A stretch of DNA of 64,000 nt from Spirochaetota bacterium. GTDB taxonomy: Bacteria; Spirochaetota; UBA4802; JAFGDQ01. Of this stretch, positions 58,516 to 64,000 are shown piece by piece. The stretch lies in assembly GCA_043803405.1 (NCBI GenBank), contig JAZDKB010000003.1:32001-96000 (forward strand), given 5' to 3'. How positions within the stretch are numbered: the first letter of the stretch is position 1; each line of letters starts with the position of its first letter. A program made the position numbers and the translations under genes. The notes below the pieces were generated by a model that was not told the DNA's origin, ran no database searches, and saw only the letters and a program-made list of their open reading frames with translations.

Positions 58516-60543
58516 ATGAATAAATATATATTAATATCAAAAAGAATAGCAGACTGCATATCCCTTCCAGATAATAAATCAACAAATATTACTGTAACAA
58601 AAAGTATTGACACTGCCATTAAAAATATATTACAAAACAAAATAATTAACGGTCCTGTATATGCAGCAATATTTCTCCATGTTAGTGAATTAAAAAAGCT
58701 CTCAAATTTTTTAACCAGCAAGTATAATTATAATGAATTATTATATGAAATAATAGTAATCGGCAAGGAAAAAGATCTTAAATTCCTGCAAAACAGCGCG
58801 CTTCAGCATATTTCCGATATTAAAACATCTTCCGTATCATCGACCGAATTCGATCTTCTTGTCAGAAAAGCATTTTTGCATAGTGAAGGATTTCACAGAT
58901 ATAAAACCGAAATGAATAACAATATTCATGTGCTTCAGGATATGCAGCAGGATCAGGAAGATCTGATCAATATCGGAAAATCTCTATCAACAATAAAAGA
59001 TCCTGATGAACTGTTAAAAAATATCCTTATGATAAGTAAAAAGATTACATGCGCCGATGCAGGTAGTATTTATATTATAGAAGAAAATACAGCAGGAAAA
59101 AAATATTTAAGATTTAAATATTCACATACATTCAGCCGGCAGCTTCCCATGGAGGAGTTCACTCTTTCAATAAATAAAAATTCAATTGCAGGGTATGTAG
59201 CTGTAAAAGGCGAAGTGCTGAATATTCAGGATGCATATAACATTCCGAAAAATGCGCCATATTCCTTCGACAATTCCTTTGACAAGCAGACAAATTATTT
59301 CTGCAGATCAATGCTCGTGGTACCCATGAGGAATCATATTGATCAGATCATCGGGGTAATACAGCTTATTAATAGCAAAAAACTTCAGGATAATAAAATC
59401 TGTAAAAATGGAAACGAAGCTTTTAATATAAAACTAAGAATTCCCAAAGATTTTAATGAACTTGTCGTATCGTTCGATTCTCGATATGAGAGCCTGATGG
59501 AATCGGTTGCCGGTCAGGCTGCAATCGCAATAGAAAACAACCGGATGATAAAGCAAATACAGAACCAGTTTGAAGAGTTTATAAAAGCATCGGTAACGGC
59601 AGTCGAGTCAAGAGATATTGCCACATCAGGGCATTCATTCCGTGTCGCCGAAATCTGCAAAGAGATGGCCAGAGTAATAAGCAATAAAAACAGCGGTCCG
59701 TTTAAAGACATAAAATATACGAATACGGAAATTAAAGAGCTTGAATTCGCTGCATTGCTTCACGACTTCGGTAAAGTCTATATAGACATAAACATATTTA
59801 AAAAAGATAAAAAGTTATATCAAAAGGAATTTGAAAACCTTATTTTAAAACTTAATTATTTTTATAAATTTATCGAATTAAGTTATGCATATAAGGAGAC
59901 AAAGCAATCATTAAAAAATAAGAAAGATATACAGCTTAATAAAGAAGATAAATTAAAGAAAATCATTCAAATAAAAGACCGCATAACTTTACTGAATGAG
60001 CCTACTATTACCGAAAAAGATCCGGGCGAAATTTTAACAGAAATTCAGAAGGAAATAAAAGGCATAAAATTATTCGATATAGACGGCAAAAAAATTAATC
60101 TTATCACAAAACATGAAAGGAGCAACCTTGAAATCCAGAGAGGCAGCCTTAATCCTGTTGAAAGAAAAGAAATCCAAAACCATGTTGTCCTCACGTATAA
60201 TTTTGTAAGCAAAATTCCATGGCCGCCTGAATTTAAAAATATTCCGAAGATTGTGCTTTATCATCACGAAATGCTTGACGGATCCGGATATCCCAAAGGG
60301 ATTAAAGGGGATAAAATTCCGTTACAGGCACGGATAATGTCAATTGCCGACATTTACGATGCTCTTATAGCAACCGACAGGCCGTATAAAAAATCCATTA
60401 AACATTCTACAGCTTTAAAAATATTGAAGGAAGAAGCTCTAAAGAACAGGCTGGATAGAAATTTGCTCGATATTTTCATTAAAGAAAAAATTTATAGAAT
60501 AATCGATAAGAATACTTTTAAGTTAAAGATTTCAGAAAATTGA
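58516..60543 (+). CDS. GAF + HD-GYP phosphodiesterase
   Basis: GAF (SIAGYVA...DAY...SMLVVPM), LLHDFGK, HHEMLDGSGYP, IADIYDAL...RPYK. Confidence 0.9.
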   Translation: MNKYILISKRIADCISLPDNKSTNITVTKSIDTAIKNILQNKIINGPVYAAIFLHVSELKKLSNFLTSKYNYNELLYEIIVIGKEKDLKFLQNSALQHISDIKTSSVSSTEFDLLVRKAFLHSEGFHRYKTEMNNNIHVLQDMQQDQEDLINIGKSLSTIKDPDELLKNILMISKKITCADAGSIYIIEENTAGKKYLRFKYSHTFSRQLPMEEFTLSINKNSIAGYVAVKGEVLNIQDAYNIPKNAPYSFDNSFDKQTNYFCRSMLVVPMRNHIDQIIGVIQLINSKKLQDNKICKNGNEAFNIKLRIPKDFNELVVSFDSRYESLMESVAGQAAIAIENNRMIKQIQNQFEEFIKASVTAVESRDIATSGHSFRVAEICKEMARVISNKNSGPFKDIKYTNTEIKELEFAALLHDFGKVYIDINIFKKDKKLYQKEFENLILKLNYFYKFIELSYAYKETKQSLKNKKDIQLNKEDKLKKIIQIKDRITLLNEPTITEKDPGEILTEIQKEIKGIKLFDIDGKKINLITKHERSNLEIQRGSLNPVERKEIQNHVVLTYNFVSKIPWPPEFKNIPKIVLYHHEMLDGSGYPKGIKGDKIPLQARIMSIADIYDALIATDRPYKKSIKHSTALKILKEEALKNRLDRNLLDIFIKEKIYRIIDKNTFKLKISEN

Positions 60544-60976
60544 TATACGGAATTCCTGTTGATGGATCAATTAAATTTGCATCTATCTCCAGCAAATGTT
60601 TTAATACAAATCCCCTGTTTTTTATTTCGGGATGGGGGATTGCAAGTGTCTGCGATTTAATAATCAGATCATCATATAACAGGATATCAATATCGATTAT
60701 CCTTGGGCCTTTCAGAATCGTTTTTTTTCTTCCCAGTTTCTTTTCTATAGATTTAAATATTTTTAATAATTTTTCAGGCGGGATAGCAGTTTTAACAAGA
60801 ATAATCTGATTTAAAAATAAGGGTTGATTTACATAATCTACTGGGTCGGTCTCTTCTATTGAGCTCTCTTTAACAAAGGTAATATCCGGCTTGCTTAAAA
60901 GTTCCAGGCGCGCCTTGTTTATATTGATAGCCCTGTCGCCAAGGTTGGAACCTAATCCAACATAAACAAGAGACAT
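60518..60976 (-). CDS. folK: 2-amino-4-hydroxy-6-hydroxymethyldihydropteridine diphosphokinase
   Basis: YVGLGSNLGD, GPRIIDIDIL, IPHP..RGFVL. Confidence 0.95.
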   Translation of the reverse strand: MSLVYVGLGSNLGDRAININKARLELLSKPDITFVKESSIEETDPVDYVNQPLFLNQIILVKTAIPPEKLLKIFKSIEKKLGRKKTILKGPRIIDIDILLYDDLIIKSQTLAIPHPEIKNRGFVLKHLLEIDANLIDPSTGIPYINFLKSLT

Positions 60977-60978
60977 AT

Positions 60979-61824
60979 TTATAATTTATCCCTGTAATCC
61001 ACTCCGGATAGCTCGATAATTTTGCACATCTCTTTTATTCTGGAAAGTATTCTTCCCTGCGATTTATCTTTAAATGATACAAAAGGATTATTGTTTGACG
61101 TAAATATCGTAAATTTAAGAGCTTCATATCTCGCATCAACAAGATTATAAAGCGTTTCAAGCTCCCAGTCCGAATCGCGTTGTACGCCGAAATCGTCAAT
61201 AACCAGGACATCAACCTCGGCATATTCCCTCTCGATTAAATCAGCCTCTCCGTAAGAGGGCGAACTCTCGTTAAATGAAGCCTTAAGTCTATTAAAAAAT
61301 GTCCGTGATATTTTTACAAACTTACTTTCAACAGCATGTCTTTTTACAAGCTCTGTTAAAATTATCGAGGAAAGAAGCGTTTTGCCGGTGCCTGGATTCC
61401 CCCATAAAAATAATCCTTTTTTAACATCCGGAAATGTCTGAATTATATCGTAGGCGGCGGATTTTACCTGTTCGGTTATTCTGTTTAATACTTCGTAATT
61501 GTTTATAAACTTCCATTTGTACTTTTTATCAATTCCGGATTTTGAATAAATACTTTTAATCTTTTGAATCTTTAAATTAATATCGCGGCAAGTGCACTGA
61601 ATTATTTTGCCGTTTTCGCTAAAATAATACGGGGGGACTCCTCCGCATTTGCAATTGCTGACTACGCATTTAGGGCATGGCATTATCGGCTCCATCCCCA
61701 GTTGCTCAAAATGTGGATCATGCACTATACCGGTAAAATCGCAGCTGAAACAAAAATTACTTTTAATATTTGTTCTAGTGTCCCAGTTCCTGAGTTTAAT
61801 ATTGTTCATTTTAATAGCGTTCAT
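60979..61824 (-). CDS. DnaC/IstB-like AAA+ ATPase with Cys-rich N-terminus
   Basis: GNPGTGKT, LVIDDFG, TIFTSN, RILSRIKEM; CFSC/CPKC/CKC/CTC N-terminal motifs. Confidence 0.8.
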   Translation of the reverse strand: MNAIKMNNIKLRNWDTRTNIKSNFCFSCDFTGIVHDPHFEQLGMEPIMPCPKCVVSNCKCGGVPPYYFSENGKIIQCTCRDINLKIQKIKSIYSKSGIDKKYKWKFINNYEVLNRITEQVKSAAYDIIQTFPDVKKGLFLWGNPGTGKTLLSSIILTELVKRHAVESKFVKISRTFFNRLKASFNESSPSYGEADLIEREYAEVDVLVIDDFGVQRDSDWELETLYNLVDARYEALKFTIFTSNNNPFVSFKDKSQGRILSRIKEMCKIIELSGVDYRDKL

Positions 61825-62037
61825 TTGGCCTTAATCCGGGTAAAAAGTATAATATCAAGAATTAATTAATCCTCCTTACAGCAGAGCCGTGAGGCAAATA
61901 AATAAATTCCGTAACCTTCCGCAGCAAAACTACATGGAATCAGACTCAAAGATATTGGAGATTCAAACATCCCGATAATATATAGGAGACATAACACTGT
62001 CAAGAAAATTAACAAAAAATAGCATTAAATCTAAAAA

Positions 62038-63759
62038 TTAAAGAACAACTTTTTGTCTTTTTTTAATATAAGCAAACCGAGACCTGTATAGTCTCATTCC
62101 CAGGGTATTCTGTTCTTCAATTATTTCTTTTATAATCTCATCCGTTGTGAGCGGATTTATTGTAACACTGCGAAGTACAACTACTTTTTGAGGATAATAC
62201 CGCGTAGATTCAAGTCTGGTTCTTGATACAAAACTGTTGTCTTCTTCTCTTAAATATCTGTGGAGCTGGACATTCAGAGTATTTAGCATATTATTTATCT
62301 TTTTAACACTTTTCTGCATAGCTCCGGACTTATCTGATCCATTTTTAATCTTACTCATTAATTCGTTTAATTTTTCCTGTACTTCATGAGGGACGAATCT
62401 GTAAGTAAATATAAAAAGCTCCGGGGTAGACATGGCTTCAAAATTTTCATGTTTATCAACCAACGCTTTTATTGTTTTTGTATTATTAAAAGCAAATTTA
62501 AGTAACAGTTTAAAACCGTCCGTACCCATTATTTTTAATGTAGCCCATGGTTTTAAGCACGAGAACGGCCTTGATCCCTCAATCGTGAACCTTCCCTGGT
62601 CGACTGAATCGGGCCGTAAAACATAGCTGGAGGAGTGCTTTATATTCTCCAGATCATTCTCATTTTTAAATAAAATCATTCCCATTGATAACGGCGAATA
62701 TAAAAGCTTATGAGCATCGAAAGTAACAGAATCGGCATGTTCTATACCTTTGAGCATATGCTTATATTCATCAACAAGAAGAACAGCTCCGCCCCATGCT
62801 GCATCAACATGAAAATGTGATAAATTATTGTCCGCAATTTTCCTTAATTCAACAAGATTATCAATGTTGCCGGTTTCTGTTGTTCCTGCAATGCCTATCA
62901 GGGAAATAATTTTAATTTTTTCTTCATTACTGCTATTATGTTGTTTAATTTCGCTACAGAGTTTCTTTAAAGCTGTAATATCTATTTTATTCATAGAATC
63001 AACAGGCACTTTAATAACATTATCCTGTCCAATACCGATAGTCCTGGCTACTTTATCAATTGAATAATGACCTCTGCGTGAAACAAGTACTACGGCCTTA
63101 CTGCATTTATAATACTTTAAAGCATCATACAATCCTGCTTTTCTGATCCCGGGGAACCTGTCTTTGGGAGGAAACGCCTTATTCCTGGCAACCAGCAACG
63201 CAGTAAGATTGGCAATTGTTCCATCCGATGTAATATTACCTAAGGCGATTTTATAATTTTGAACATTTTTTTTATAAAAAGATGCGGGCTTTTTAAAAAC
63301 AAGCTGATGTATCCATGCAAGGAATTCACGCTCAACAAGAGAAGATGCCTTTGCAGTTTCAATCTTTACCTGATTCTGATTTAATGCTGCAATTATCATC
63401 TCTAAAAGTATCATAAAATACGGGATGGCGCTGGTCATATGCCCGATATAATACGGATTGCCGACTTTTACCGAATGTGCTATAACTTTATCTTTAATTT
63501 CTGAAAGGACATCCTTCAGTAAATGAGGATATTTCGGAAGATGTATATCGGAAAAAAGTTTTGCGAGTTGAGGAAGCGGGATTGAGCTATGTATACCGCC
63601 TTTATCCTGAAAAAAATGATGGATCAGGTTAAGAAGTTCGTTTCCGAAGTCTACAAACTTATCCGGGGAATCGGGCATTATAAAAAGCCTTCGGAAATGC
63701 TCCAGATCAGCAATTACTTCACCCTTTTGTGGAACGCGTCTCTTGTGATCATGGTTCAT
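62038..63759 (-). CDS. panP: PLP-dependent group II decarboxylase, PanP-like aspartate 1-decarboxylase
   Basis: IGHMTSA, LNQNQVKIET.KA, GT.ANLTALLVARN, AGTTETGNID, HVDAAWGG, DAHK, EGSRP. Confidence 0.75.
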   Translation of the reverse strand: MNHDHKRRVPQKGEVIADLEHFRRLFIMPDSPDKFVDFGNELLNLIHHFFQDKGGIHSSIPLPQLAKLFSDIHLPKYPHLLKDVLSEIKDKVIAHSVKVGNPYYIGHMTSAIPYFMILLEMIIAALNQNQVKIETAKASSLVEREFLAWIHQLVFKKPASFYKKNVQNYKIALGNITSDGTIANLTALLVARNKAFPPKDRFPGIRKAGLYDALKYYKCSKAVVLVSRRGHYSIDKVARTIGIGQDNVIKVPVDSMNKIDITALKKLCSEIKQHNSSNEEKIKIISLIGIAGTTETGNIDNLVELRKIADNNLSHFHVDAAWGGAVLLVDEYKHMLKGIEHADSVTFDAHKLLYSPLSMGMILFKNENDLENIKHSSSYVLRPDSVDQGRFTIEGSRPFSCLKPWATLKIMGTDGFKLLLKFAFNNTKTIKALVDKHENFEAMSTPELFIFTYRFVPHEVQEKLNELMSKIKNGSDKSGAMQKSVKKINNMLNTLNVQLHRYLREEDNSFVSRTRLESTRYYPQKVVVLRSVTINPLTTDEIIKEIIEEQNTLGMRLYRSRFAYIKKRQKVVL

Positions 63760-64000
63760 AATAAATTCTTCTTAAAGCAAGATACCGAAAATTTTATTAT
63801 TTCGAAAAACAAATTTCCAAAAGGCTGAGAATATGGAGATTATTTATTAATAGGCGTTTGTTGCAAGAAATTTTTTTGATTAATAAAATAAAATGTCATA
63901 ATTATATTTTTCAAATTCCACGCTTCCTTTGCTAAAAAAAAATTAATTTATTCTAAAATAATTGTTAAATGTTCCGACAATATATACCGGGACAACAAGG

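Noticed and set aside
60979..61824. IS21 element
   Set aside because: No IstA transposase or terminal repeats adjacent
61860..61995. Possible small ORF or leader RNA upstream of the DnaC-like gene
   Set aside because: Only a ~34-codon ORF without recognisable motifs and no convincing fold

Overview
A 64-kb stretch of AT-rich bacterial chromosome, most consistent with a free-living spirochaete of the Leptospirae-like kind. This is an inference from cheX, the fliK-flgD-flgE cluster, a Maf flagellin glycosyltransferase, class II lysS, lolA and many lipoproteins. It is mostly housekeeping (pepA, rnr, comEC, lolA, lysS, rfaE2, dinG, malic enzyme, pcrA, trxA, smpB, dnaE, trpS, folK) and signalling (PAS-GGDEF-EAL, GAF-HD-GYP, HDOD, REC/histidine kinases, STAS). 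Small accessory inserts include two vapBC-type TA pairs and an orphan antitoxin-like gene, and there are several unrelated families of intergenic palindromic (REP/MITE-like) elements. No rRNA, tRNA, CRISPR array, transposase or integrase was seen. Main observations: (1) an unannotated, highly structured ~240-nt candidate ncRNA at ~44.42-44.66 kb; its 3' 26 bp recur exactly at 47929-47954, bracketing a 3.3-kb islet that encodes a 14-repeat delta-60 beta-propeller lipoprotein; (2) a three-gene operon at 52.6-56.6 kb (lamin-tail + FlgD-Ig/CTD-like secreted protein, PorV-like barrel fused to a ComEA-type HhH, and a second barrel) suggesting an FCB-like outer-membrane DNA-capture or mini-secretion module in a spirochaete; (3) a standalone LigD 3'-phosphoesterase co-operonic with RNase R; (4) a CA-GGA-TG triloop hairpin element whose stems covary between two distant copies.
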